IMG/VR virus record: IMGVR_UViG_3300042934_000594
Coordinates: 205,431 to 269,430 of that record
Direction: 5' to 3' (one strand)
DNA length: 64,000 bases
Position 1 is the stretch's first letter, and every line of letters begins with the position of its first letter. The position numbers and the translations under genes are program-made. The notes under the pieces are model-generated. The model was not told the origin of the DNA, made no database searches, and worked only from the letters and a program-made list of their open reading frames with translations. Shown one piece after another: positions 37,348 through 46,321 of the stretch.

Positions 37348-37758
37348 ATGAGTCTTGTAGACATACAGGTTGAGGGACATCAAGTGAGTCTCGAGGAAGA
37401 GACGATCAGGGAGATCATAGAGGCTAAGGGACCTAACGGTGAGTGGGACATCTACCACCTGGACAAGGTCATCCTTCAATACCAGAACGCTCAGACCGAG
37501 ACTGAGCGTGAACAGTTCCTGTATGAGATCAAAACCCGCACCGACAATGTCATCCGTACCCAATCAGGCTCTCCTACCGGCAGCATCGAAAGTGCTGTGC
37601 ATTCAGCCGTGGAGCAAGTGCTTCGAGTGATTGACGGCAATGGGGACGACCGACCGGGGTATAACCTGATTCCACGCGAATACGTCGGTCAACCCGAGCC
37701 CCAGTACGACATCGCCGGGGCATTGAGCGATGCCTACTTCACGATGATCAACACCTAA
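37348..37758 (+). CDS. INT-module family protein 1
   Basis: Ends VLRVIDG..PGYNLIP..DIAGALSDAYFTMINT; AAGGGG before ATG37348. Confidence 0.75.
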   Translation: MSLVDIQVEGHQVSLEEETIREIIEAKGPNGEWDIYHLDKVILQYQNAQTETEREQFLYEIKTRTDNVIRTQSGSPTGSIESAVHSAVEQVLRVIDGNGDDRPGYNLIPREYVGQPEPQYDIAGALSDAYFTMINT

Positions 37759-37767
37759 GGAGTTGTT

Positions 37768-38013
37768 ATGGCAGTAGCGCCCGATGTCACCCAACTGGTA
37801 GCGGCGTTAGACCCCGATCATCGCAGTAAGCTTGAGGCGTTTCTGACCGATTCCCGCTCAGGCTACTTAAAGCGGTTGGCCAGTGGTATGGATCACAAAC
37901 AACTCAGTAGCCGTAAACTGTGGCGCGACTTGAATGATCGTGCCCAAGCGATGGTTACTGAGAACCTTCTCATGCTCCAACAACAGTGGTTAAAAGGCTA
38001 TGGTTATCTCTGA
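37768..38013 (+). CDS. hypothetical protein
   Basis: AAGGAG RBS. Confidence 0.65.
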   Translation: MAVAPDVTQLVAALDPDHRSKLEAFLTDSRSGYLKRLASGMDHKQLSSRKLWRDLNDRAQAMVTENLLMLQQQWLKGYGYL

Positions 38014-38710
38014 CAAGGCTGCGGTGGTGTCCGACGCCAAGCAACTGCATACCCTCATGCACCAACAGCATGAGTACTACATGTCGGCGCCGGACAGTGA
38101 AACGTTTGAGTCGGTTGATGAGTTCATCGCCAACTGGAAAGACTACGACATCGACCTCAATCACATCGTACGCTGGGACTTTAGCGTTCAGGACAGTGAG
38201 TACCCGGAAGAGACCAGAGACTACGGCCCTAAAGGCTGTACCTACGCCAACATCGTGTGGGTGATGCCTCGCAAGGGGTATTTGTTTGGCAACATCATCA
38301 AGGACGTCAAGGTCCACGAGACGCCGCGCTTGCTGGCGTTCCTACAGAAGCACTGGGGCTACATGCAGAAACAGTGGGCGCCGGTGCCTGACGTGATCTA
38401 CGACCCGGTCACCAGTGCACGCGGCGTGTTCCTGGACGCCGTCACCCGCATCACGGACTTTCAAACCACGCCAGTGTTTGACACCGACAAAGAGGTGACC
38501 TACACCGCCCAATCGGTGGACGAGCTGATTCACGCACGGGTCCATCAGACCGCGGTAGATATCTTGTCGCTGGTCGATACGGGCGTGGCGGGTGTCAACG
38601 AGGGCTACCACCTGATTCCGGTGGGGGACCTCAAAGCTGACGACCTCAACCACGTCAATGACCTCGCTGGGGAATTGGCAACCTGCTATTTCGACATGAT
38701 CAATACCTAG
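38000..38710 (+). CDS. INT-module family protein 2
   Basis: N-terminal DIDLNHIVRWD..PRKG domain; ends DLAGELATCYFDMINT. Confidence 0.8.
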   Translation: MVISDKAAVVSDAKQLHTLMHQQHEYYMSAPDSETFESVDEFIANWKDYDIDLNHIVRWDFSVQDSEYPEETRDYGPKGCTYANIVWVMPRKGYLFGNIIKDVKVHETPRLLAFLQKHWGYMQKQWAPVPDVIYDPVTSARGVFLDAVTRITDFQTTPVFDTDKEVTYTAQSVDELIHARVHQTAVDILSLVDTGVAGVNEGYHLIPVGDLKADDLNHVNDLAGELATCYFDMINT

Positions 38711-38719
38711 GGGGTTACC

Positions 38720-39046
38720 GTGGGCGATCTACTGCAAGTCCAAGCACGGGGGCAAACTCACACCATCAACTCCGTCGAAATCGGGTCACCGGAACTTGAC
38801 ACCGGGGGCTATAAAAACTACATCTGGAGTTACAACAGCAAGCACGGGCAGGGTGACGGCACTATCCGAGCCGTGTTTCTGGTATCGCCGGACAAAGAAG
38901 CCGCGGACAAGCTTCTGGTCCACACCCTGGAGAAACGCACCGCCAAGCACTGCATTGCCGGCTATGAAGGAGGCACCTGGTACGCCCGTAAAGAAGGTCC
39001 TTCCTTCTACGACGACGAGCCGGTCCTCAACGTCTGCTGGACGTAA
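38720..39046 (+). CDS. hypothetical protein
   Basis: AGGGGG RBS with GTG start. Confidence 0.65.
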   Translation: MGDLLQVQARGQTHTINSVEIGSPELDTGGYKNYIWSYNSKHGQGDGTIRAVFLVSPDKEAADKLLVHTLEKRTAKHCIAGYEGGTWYARKEGPSFYDDEPVLNVCWT

Positions 39047-39051
39047 GGGCC

Positions 39052-39486
39052 ATGGACCCTCGCCTGGTAATGGCCATCGCGGTGGACGACAGTGACCTGG
39101 ACCACGAGGAAGCCAAGTTCCACTTTCGGGTCTACGGTGGGACCTGCTACCCCCATCGGGATACCTTAGCGGGTATCCCGCCCTGGGAAGTCAGCAGCAC
39201 GGGTGAGGTAAAAGCGCATCCAGGTGGGCATTACCTGTTGCGCACGATCTGTCACGTGGTACAGAAGGTCCTGGATGAACACCCTCGCCAGTTCACCAAG
39301 GAGCAAGCACTGCTCTTTACCCATCAAGTCACGGCGCCCTTGTATTTCGAACAGAACCACCCGGACCTGGCGAACTACATCGCTACCATGGCCCTGCGTA
39401 TTTGTTTACTGCTGCCCACTAAGGTATGGCGTATTCAACTACTGACCGTCCGTAAACGCATGCTGTACGTGCTACTTAACGACTAG
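39052..39486 (+). CDS. hypothetical protein
   Basis: AAGGG RBS; operon context. Confidence 0.65.
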   Translation: MDPRLVMAIAVDDSDLDHEEAKFHFRVYGGTCYPHRDTLAGIPPWEVSSTGEVKAHPGGHYLLRTICHVVQKVLDEHPRQFTKEQALLFTHQVTAPLYFEQNHPDLANYIATMALRICLLLPTKVWRIQLLTVRKRMLYVLLND

Positions 39487-39494
39487 GAACTGCA

Positions 39495-39821
39495 ATGACC
39501 AATTCTCGCACCCTCCACGACATCCTTCCAGCGGACCTCATCAAGGTCAACGCACTGCTGCAAGGCGTTAACCAGGAAGAGCTGGTGGAAAAAGCCCAGG
39601 CGGTTACCAAGCGCCTGACGCGCAAGTTCAGCAAGGACACTGCCGTGGCCCCCGCTGAGATCGTCCAGACTACTGTAGTCGCCATGCTCAAGGTTCTGGA
39701 CGGCACCGGCGGCCACCCGGGTTACATCGTCCTGGATCGGGAAAACCGTTTGAACGAGCCGCAGGCTAACGATTTGAGCGGTAAGTTGGTCGAGACGTAC
39801 TTTGACTTGATTAACGATTAA
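39495..39821 (+). CDS. INT-module family protein 3
   Basis: Ends MLKVLDG..PGYIV..DLSGKLVETYFDLIND. Confidence 0.75.
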   Translation: MTNSRTLHDILPADLIKVNALLQGVNQEELVEKAQAVTKRLTRKFSKDTAVAPAEIVQTTVVAMLKVLDGTGGHPGYIVLDRENRLNEPQANDLSGKLVETYFDLIND

Positions 39822-39830
39822 TCATGTTAT

Positions 39831-39984
39831 GTACAGGTGTATTGTAGTTGACACCTAGGAGGTGATCCAGCCTGCTGTTGTTACCCCGGGGTTATTTGCA
39901 CTCGCTGTGAAGCGACTTCGTAGCCCCAACGACTGCCTGTACGACCCCCGTCACCCCCTCCCCTTACCGGGAGGGGTTTTATTT
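39831..39984 (+). ncRNA. candidate sRNA with a 16-nt complement to the 16S rRNA 3' end
   Basis: TATG start; closing stem 39831-38/39935-42; AGGAGGTGATCCAGCC at 39857-72; terminator at 39955-84. Confidence 0.6.
39955..39984 (+). terminator. intrinsic terminator
   Basis: CCCCTCCC-CTTACC-GGGAGGGG followed by TTTTATTT. Confidence 0.8.
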
Positions 39985-40006
39985 CGTTTACCCCACTGAG
40001 GTTTTT

Positions 40007-40651
40007 ATGGAAGACAATTTCTGCATACAGCACGTGCCCGACTCTGAATGGCAAGCGAACCGTCAATGGTTGTTGACCACCCCCGAAGGAAAAACCATGC
40101 GGGTGAATGTAGGGCCTGAACGGCGCCCTACTGACGTGCGTGTGCATGCCAACCCGATCGTGCCCGACGGTAACGTTCACCATGGCATCCCGGCCATGCT
40201 CACCAGCAGCGGCAGTATGTTGGAACTGCGCCATCCCGAGCATCCTGAATTCAGCCACGGTGTAGCGGGCATGAACATCTGGTTCAAGTACGACGCCCTG
40301 GTGAAGGCCACGGAGCAGGGCATATTTAACCTGATGCCCATGATCCCCTTCACGCATCGCATGATGATGTTGGACGGACTGACTTGGCGACAAGCTGAGC
40401 ACTTTACCGACGAGACCAGCTATGACCCCGTTGCGGTCTGTGCGTTTCTGTTCATCCCGTACAAATCCTGCGAAGGGCAATTGCATTTCCCCAAAGCGTT
40501 GCAAAGCGACAAATCACGCGCCCTTACTGTGACGATCGATGAGGAGCTGCGCCAGATCATCGACGACGAACGGGTGCAGATGTACCCCATCAACCCCGAT
40601 CAACTCAAGCACATGACGGTCAACGTGGATCAAGCGGTGAGGGTTCTCTGA
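40007..40651 (+). CDS. hypothetical protein
   Basis: GAGGT RBS, 214 aa. Confidence 0.75.
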   Translation: MEDNFCIQHVPDSEWQANRQWLLTTPEGKTMRVNVGPERRPTDVRVHANPIVPDGNVHHGIPAMLTSSGSMLELRHPEHPEFSHGVAGMNIWFKYDALVKATEQGIFNLMPMIPFTHRMMMLDGLTWRQAEHFTDETSYDPVAVCAFLFIPYKSCEGQLHFPKALQSDKSRALTVTIDEELRQIIDDERVQMYPINPDQLKHMTVNVDQAVRVL

Positions 40652-40959
40652 TGGCTGACGCTGAAAAGAAACCTTGGGTGTGTCCCGAGGACGGTCAGTG
40701 GACCCAGGATGACGTTGCCGAACAACACATCGAGGACCTGGAACAAATCCGTACCGGGGCCATGCTTCAAATCGCTCGGATCGCTGCCGGCGAGAGCCTG
40801 AACAGTGAGTCGGCGCTGGCCATTGTCACCGACGCCATGTGTAAAGTGGTAGAAGTCTACGACAACCACCAGGTCATGGTGTACACCGGGGAACCAGACC
40901 GCACCACCATGATGCCACTTGGGATGACCCAGCGGTATTACGACCGGATCAACACGTAA
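40651..40959 (+). CDS. hypothetical protein ending YYDRINT (divergent INT-family member)
   Basis: TGATG coupling; UUCG hairpin at 40967-40984. Confidence 0.7.
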   Translation: MADAEKKPWVCPEDGQWTQDDVAEQHIEDLEQIRTGAMLQIARIAAGESLNSESALAIVTDAMCKVVEVYDNHQVMVYTGEPDRTTMMPLGMTQRYYDRINT

Positions 40960-41020
40960 CAATAGTCCCTCCCTTCGGGGAGGGGTTATGCCCGAAATCT
41001 TACGCACCAGAGGTATCACT

Positions 41021-41473
41021 ATGTCCCTACCAGGCAGCATTATCCGCATCAACCTGCACGATACGGATAAGCAGACTGAATGCTTCCACCCAGGCTGCCA
41101 GGCAGCCGGTACGTATCGCTTCACCGCAGAGTCGGACTCAGCAGGGGACGAATTTGAGTACTACTGCGATGTGCATATCCAACCCATTCAACAGTCGCTC
41201 CAGCAAGCAGATCGCTCGGGCTTTTGTGAGTGGTGCAAACGTCATGTGACGCTACTGAGTCCACGGCGGGATTTTGAAGAAGGGGCCCATGGACAGGTGT
41301 ATCAAGTATGCCAAGGGTGCATCCACAAACAAAACAGTGCCATCGACGCTGAGAATGCCCAACTGCGTGAAGACGAAGGCGCCTTCGAACCGTTTGACGA
41401 TTCAGAAGACGACTTGATCCTGGATCCAGATGAGTTTGACGATGACGACGATGGTGAACCCCCGATCATCTAG
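41021..41473 (+). CDS. Zn-binding protein with acidic tail
   Basis: CxxxxC, CxxH, CEWC, CQGC; D/E-rich C-terminus. Confidence 0.7.
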   Translation: MSLPGSIIRINLHDTDKQTECFHPGCQAAGTYRFTAESDSAGDEFEYYCDVHIQPIQQSLQQADRSGFCEWCKRHVTLLSPRRDFEEGAHGQVYQVCQGCIHKQNSAIDAENAQLREDEGAFEPFDDSEDDLILDPDEFDDDDDGEPPII

Positions 41474-41482
41474 GAGTCACCC

Positions 41483-41857
41483 ATGCACATCACCCAATCG
41501 ATCATTGCAGCCATCGCCTTGGAACGGCAGCTGCAATTGACCGGGCTGGAACTCAAAGCCACCATGCAAACCGGTGAGCCTGCTTTCCTGTGGCATTCGG
41601 TGGATGGCTTGAACTACAAGTGCTATCGCTTGTCGCTTGAGCCCACGGACACCAATCTGTACCTGGCGCTCAAGGCGCAACCTGGCCTGGGAGCGCAACA
41701 GCGCCCGATCATTGCCAACCACTGGCTGTACTGCGAGTGTGCAGGCGTGATCCAACAATCGCACTTCACGTTGAAGGACGATGACGTGGTCTACCTGGAC
41801 GACGAACAACACTTTACCATGCGACTGTCGGTTGTGGCAGTCATCACACCCAACTGA
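41483..41857 (+). CDS. hypothetical protein
   Basis: AGGAG RBS. Confidence 0.7.
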   Translation: MHITQSIIAAIALERQLQLTGLELKATMQTGEPAFLWHSVDGLNYKCYRLSLEPTDTNLYLALKAQPGLGAQQRPIIANHWLYCECAGVIQQSHFTLKDDDVVYLDDEQHFTMRLSVVAVITPN

Positions 41858-41866
41858 GGAGTAACC

Positions 41867-42514
41867 ATGAAGCTGTATATCGCAGGTGTTGGTAGTCGTG
41901 ACACACCGGCGGACATATTGCTATTGATGATCCGAATGGGGCGTACCCTGACGGACCAGGGGTATTCCCTGAGCAGTGGGGATGCGATTGGGGCAGACCG
42001 GGCGTTCTATTACGGAGCGAGCCTGTCGCCCCGATTCGCAGAAGTGGGTTGTCGGATCTACCTACACAAAGACAATTTCCAGGGTCGCTTTAATGACCCT
42101 GTGAATGGTTTTCTGGTGGCCCCACAGTTTACGGAAACCTGGGAAAAGGCTAAGGAACTCGCCTCGCTTGCCCGAGGCGGGTTTTATAACCTCACCCCTG
42201 GGGGCATCGCACTGCACACCCGCAATGTGTTCCAGATTTACGGGCACACCCTCAAAGCCAAAGTCAAGGCCGTGTACTACTGGGCCAAGCCTAAAGGCAA
42301 GAGTGAGAAGGTTGAGGGCGGCACCAACACCGCCTTGCAGATCGCTATTCGTGGGAACATCCCGCAGCGCATCAACCTGTACTACCCCGAAATGCAAGAG
42401 CGGGCTCTGGCTTTCTTGGCCAAGTTCGAATCCAAAGAACCTTACCCTGAGAACATGCTGGAAGCCAATCCCTGGATTGTTGACGAGCGTGCTCCATTGC
42501 CAAAGGCGGCCTAA
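41867..42514 (+). CDS. SLOG / DprA-like nucleotide-binding protein
   Basis: AGVGSR, LSSGDAIGAD, GGTNTA. Confidence 0.75.
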   Translation: MKLYIAGVGSRDTPADILLLMIRMGRTLTDQGYSLSSGDAIGADRAFYYGASLSPRFAEVGCRIYLHKDNFQGRFNDPVNGFLVAPQFTETWEKAKELASLARGGFYNLTPGGIALHTRNVFQIYGHTLKAKVKAVYYWAKPKGKSEKVEGGTNTALQIAIRGNIPQRINLYYPEMQERALAFLAKFESKEPYPENMLEANPWIVDERAPLPKAA

Positions 42515-42928
42515 GTGAACACCACACAAACCCTGAACTACCCGGCATACAACTGGATCGTGGCCAACAGCCTGGAAGAGGCGCAGCGCATCGCCAATGC
42601 GCTTAAGCTGGTGTACACGGTCCCTGTAGAGGAAATCCTCCCAGAGAGCGTTGAGGCCACTGAGGAGGCACGCATGGCGGCCGTGCGTGAGTGGTCAGAA
42701 GCCAACAAAGCGGTACCGACGATTGTCTCGGTGACCGACATGTCTACGTTCACCCGTGAGACCCTGGGGGAACTGAGCAAGGCCATGTTTGGTCTGCACA
42801 CCACGTTCCTCGTCACGATCGGTGCGATCCAAACGGCAGGCAACCCTGAGGAGTTCTTCCTCTTGCGTAACCGCAAACATGGCAGTGGTCCGTACAACGT
42901 CAACGACCCCAATATCCCCATCGGCTAG
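42515..42928 (+). CDS. hypothetical protein
   Basis: Abuts the previous stop. Confidence 0.6.
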   Translation: MNTTQTLNYPAYNWIVANSLEEAQRIANALKLVYTVPVEEILPESVEATEEARMAAVREWSEANKAVPTIVSVTDMSTFTRETLGELSKAMFGLHTTFLVTIGAIQTAGNPEEFFLLRNRKHGSGPYNVNDPNIPIG

Positions 42929-42940
42929 GAGCGTCACGCC

Positions 42941-43312
42941 ATGAAAACCCTCACAGCCTACTGGCAGGGTCTTAAGCGCTGGTACCGCGATCACAAACAT
43001 CAGGCGTACATCACCCAAGCAGAAAAGACCACCATCAAGGAAATGAAAGTGATCTGCGCTTACTTCGAGATCCCTCTGGCCCGCACGCACACCTGGGAAA
43101 TCTACCAGTGGCCTTACAAACCCCTGGTGCGTGAGCCTGACGGGTGGGAAGAACTGGAGGCCATTATCCGGGTCAAGGAGTCACCTGCCCGTCGGACCAG
43201 GCTGTATCAATTCATGGTTAAGTTCCATGACATCACCCCGGTCATGCACCGTCGGTTGCGGTGCAGTGAGCATTACCACGATTTCATGGACTGGTTTAAC
43301 GAAGAGCGATAA
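42941..43312 (+). CDS. hypothetical protein
   Basis: AGGAG RBS. Confidence 0.65.
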   Translation: MKTLTAYWQGLKRWYRDHKHQAYITQAEKTTIKEMKVICAYFEIPLARTHTWEIYQWPYKPLVREPDGWEELEAIIRVKESPARRTRLYQFMVKFHDITPVMHRRLRCSEHYHDFMDWFNEER

Positions 43313-43377
43313 CGGTTAAATAAAAAACCTACAGGCTCAATGGTAGGAGCCAATTACTTTTCCCTTGGGGTGTTGTT

Positions 43378-44133
43378 GTGAGTGTATTAGTAGACCGTAG
43401 TATCCGTAAGTTGTGCAACAAGCCGGACCTGTATGTCCGGGCTGGCAGCGCCCTGAAGTGGGAACCCTTACATCGGCAAGACATGACCGTGCGTCAACGG
43501 GAAATCCACCGCCACTTGAGTTCACGGGCCAACCGTGAGTTGCCGAACCTGGAGGAGATCGCTGACGGTTTGTCCCATCGCCTACCCACGGCGCAAGAAG
43601 ACGCCGCCTTCATCCCGATGATCGAACCGTACCACCCCAATAAAGTGCGGGTTGATGAGCAGGGTCTTAAGATCGCCTCTTACGGGCAGTCGTCGATGGG
43701 CTACGACATTCGTTGTGCCCCGGAGTTCAAACTCTTCCGTGGGGTAGACGGTGAACCCATCGATTACAAGAACATCCGTGAGGAGCAGTTCGAAACGTTC
43801 CACCAGGACCAGATCATCCTGCCACCCAACAGTTTTGTGTTGAGTCGGTCAATGGAGCGGGTCCAGATCCCACTCGACGTGCTGGTACTCTGCATTGGTA
43901 AATCCACGCCGGCCCGTGCCGCGATCAGTTGCCTGTGCACCCCACTGGAACCTGGCTGGGGTGGTTACGTCACCCTGGAATTCGCCAACACCAGCAACCA
44001 GCCTGTAATCTTGTACGCTGGCGAAGGGGCAGTGCAGCTGGTCTTCCTCAAAGGGGACGGCGAGTGCGAGAACCCCTACGGCGACGGCAAGTACCAAGGT
44101 CAGGGGGCCAGCATCATTTTACCGCGTGTCTGA
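43378..44133 (+). CDS. dcd: dCTP deaminase with N-terminal insertion
   Basis: SYGQSSMGYDIR, GKSTPAR, TPLEPGWGGYVTLE, KYQGQ. Confidence 0.92.
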   Translation: MSVLVDRSIRKLCNKPDLYVRAGSALKWEPLHRQDMTVRQREIHRHLSSRANRELPNLEEIADGLSHRLPTAQEDAAFIPMIEPYHPNKVRVDEQGLKIASYGQSSMGYDIRCAPEFKLFRGVDGEPIDYKNIREEQFETFHQDQIILPPNSFVLSRSMERVQIPLDVLVLCIGKSTPARAAISCLCTPLEPGWGGYVTLEFANTSNQPVILYAGEGAVQLVFLKGDGECENPYGDGKYQGQGASIILPRV

Positions 44134-44149
44134 CACAGGAGCGTTATCC

Positions 44150-44449
44150 ATGAGCCTTGAGAAGCCTGAGTTACCCAAGTACCGTCACATTGAAACGGGT
44201 GAAGAAATCAACGCACTGCGCATCGCCGGCATTGTGTGGACGGGTCCGGCATTGGGGACCGCTGACGAGTCTCCGACTTCATACCAGATCAACTTCGACC
44301 AGTTCAGTGCCCATGGCCCTGTGCAGGTGGACCAAGCCTGGTACGACGCACACAACCCCAAACCGGGTGACTTCTACGCCCGCCGTGAAGACGGTACGGT
44401 CTTCAAGGTCAACGCCAGTGAGTTCGTTACTCAGTACGAACGCCTTTAG
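44150..44449 (+). CDS. PGDYG-like small protein, paralog A
   Basis: PKYRHI..W...HNPKPGDFY..F..QYER. Confidence 0.7.
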   Translation: MSLEKPELPKYRHIETGEEINALRIAGIVWTGPALGTADESPTSYQINFDQFSAHGPVQVDQAWYDAHNPKPGDFYARREDGTVFKVNASEFVTQYERL

Positions 44450-44463
44450 CCACCGGAGCCTCC

Positions 44464-44727
44464 ATGGCCGTTACCAAACCTGCCGTACCCAACTACCGCC
44501 ACATCAAGACGGGTCGGCGTTTCCACGTCAAGCGCATTGCCAATATCAGTTGGCCACGTCTGGGGTTCGACCAGTTCGGGTCCTCAGAGCCTGTATTGGC
44601 CACCCGTGAGTGGCTACGTAAGCACAGTCCCGACGTGGGTGATTACTACCTGATTGATGAAAACGAAAACGTCTCTCTGGTGGAGGCGCATTTGTTTAAA
44701 GGTCAATACGAACGGTTCTATCGGTGA
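44464..44727 (+). CDS. PGDYG-like small protein, paralog B
   Basis: PNYRHI..W..KHSPDVGDYY..F..QYER. Confidence 0.7.
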   Translation: MAVTKPAVPNYRHIKTGRRFHVKRIANISWPRLGFDQFGSSEPVLATREWLRKHSPDVGDYYLIDENENVSLVEAHLFKGQYERFYR

Positions 44728-44996
44728 GCCGTTCGTTTGAAGAACTCGACCGGCTTTTAATCGAGCTGGTCGAGGAACGCAACGCGGCGTTAGACACTAG
44801 TACCCAGGACACGTACCCCCACCCCAAAGACGGGTGGCGGTGCTTTCACTGCGGTCACGTGTTCTACCATGCACCTCAAGCGGCCAAGCATTTCGGCATA
44901 CAGCCCTCGCAAACACCGGCGTGCGTGATCAAGGTCGATGAGTTGGGATTGGTTGGAAGGATCCGTGAGTTAGAAGCGGCACTGCAACAAAAGTAA
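44724..44996 (+). CDS. C2H2-type Zn-finger protein
   Basis: WRCFHCGHVF..AAKHFG..PAC. Confidence 0.65.
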   Translation: MSRSFEELDRLLIELVEERNAALDTSTQDTYPHPKDGWRCFHCGHVFYHAPQAAKHFGIQPSQTPACVIKVDELGLVGRIRELEAALQQK

Positions 44997-45008
44997 AATC
45001 TATATAAC
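44981..45008 (+). promoter_or_regulatory. early promoter candidate
   Basis: ACTGCAAC-aaa-AGTAAAATCTATATAAC. Confidence 0.45.
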
Positions 45009-45064
45009 ACAACTGGTAAGCTGACTTAATGGCTTGCTCAACATTAACTAAGATGAGGATTATT

Positions 45065-45268
45065 ATGTCAAATAAAAGAAGAAAGAGAGCGTCCAAGGCT
45101 CTCGGTAATAAAAACGCCAATAAGCACGCCCCTGGGCACCAGACTCCTAAGAGTCGGTGGAGGCTGCACAAGCAACATCTTTATACTGGTTTTGGTTTGT
45201 TCAAAGCTGGGATCTGGGTGTATGAACACCAAGAAGCCATCCTAGCATTTATTTACCAGCTGTTCTAA
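45065..45268 (+). CDS. small AT-rich basic protein
   Basis: GAGGA before ATG45065; followed by a weak hairpin and T tract at 45280-45312. Confidence 0.55.
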   Translation: MSNKRRKRASKALGNKNANKHAPGHQTPKSRWRLHKQHLYTGFGLFKAGIWVYEHQEAILAFIYQLF

Positions 45269-45345
45269 AGCAGGCGATAGAAGAGGAAGGACCCAATGGG
45301 CCTTCTTTTTTTGCCGTCTTTATACCCACACACCAAGGATTTTAC

Positions 45346-45768
45346 ATGAACTTCGATGCCATCAAGGACCAGATGCGCCCCGGTGATATTGTGCGACGCA
45401 CCACCTGGGAGCAGGGCTATTACCTGGATCGCACCGCAGAAGGCGTGATTCGTTTGCGTCGCCACCGTATGTGTGAACGCACCTTCAGTCCACCGTGGGC
45501 CAAAAGCGGTTACGATGCTCTGGCTGACGATTACTATTTCATCGCCCACCTTAAGCGCGACGATATGATCTACGCGCTACGTCGCTGCGTCGACCACACG
45601 GACCTGGAACGGGCCCGCGTACAGCTCTCACGCCACTTTGCAGAGCAAACCTTTAGCATTGACTTAAGTCGGGAAGGTTACGTGCTGGTGCGCTTTGCAG
45701 ACGCCCCTGAGCACACCGACCCGATTGTGCAATTGGACTTTGAAAAGCGCATCCCGGTGCGCATCTAG
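45346..45768 (+). CDS. Tad2/DUF2829-like domain fused to a C-terminal extension
   Basis: MNF..GDIVRRTTW..PWAKSGYDALADDY resembles MNF..G..V.R.GW..PW.ASQ.D.LA.DW. Confidence 0.55.
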   Translation: MNFDAIKDQMRPGDIVRRTTWEQGYYLDRTAEGVIRLRRHRMCERTFSPPWAKSGYDALADDYYFIAHLKRDDMIYALRRCVDHTDLERARVQLSRHFAEQTFSIDLSREGYVLVRFADAPEHTDPIVQLDFEKRIPVRI

Positions 45769-45808
45769 GAGTCCCTACCCACACCCCTAACTTTATAGCG
45801 AGGTCTTG

Positions 45809-46291
45809 ATGAGCGCTATTGTCGTTTACCAACGCAACATGATGGTGTTCGGGCACGATCTGGACTGCCGACACATGATCCATTCCAGACCCACTAGCCG
45901 TCCGGCGATGTTGATCGACCGCACGGTGGTGGACATTTACGACGTGATGTTCTTTGGCAAAGCCGACCTGGTGATTGCACTGACGCCTCTGTTGATATCG
46001 GTCGCAGACGGGACTGCTGGGGTAAACGACACACTGACACCTCTGGCCAATAACATCCCAGGTTTCTCGATTCTCTTACGAGCGCGCGATGAAATCTGGC
46101 AATGCACCAACCGCCGGTGGCAACCGGTACCGCCGAGCGAGACGCTGATCCTGGGGACTCCCGATATCGACCCTCAGGTAGCCGCTGCCTTGCGAGCCAA
46201 TACGCAGGTGTCGCCGTACCTGATCCTTCAAGACTTGGTCGATGCCCGTAAGTTGGGGCGCGCTGGGTTTCAAGTGAGGGCCATGAGCTGA
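45809..46291 (+). CDS. hypothetical protein
   Basis: GAGGT RBS. Confidence 0.65.
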   Translation: MSAIVVYQRNMMVFGHDLDCRHMIHSRPTSRPAMLIDRTVVDIYDVMFFGKADLVIALTPLLISVADGTAGVNDTLTPLANNIPGFSILLRARDEIWQCTNRRWQPVPPSETLILGTPDIDPQVAAALRANTQVSPYLILQDLVDARKLGRAGFQVRAMS

Positions 46292-46321
46292 TCGTATGAC
46301 TCCCTACAGGACATACCGGTC

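Noticed and set aside
39857-39872. 16S rRNA gene fragment or primer contamination on the minus strand
   Set aside because: Similarity stops after 16 nt (next bases TGCT versus GCAG), the flanks are not rRNA, and the motif is embedded in a self-pairing element; an assembly artefact should still be excluded with reads
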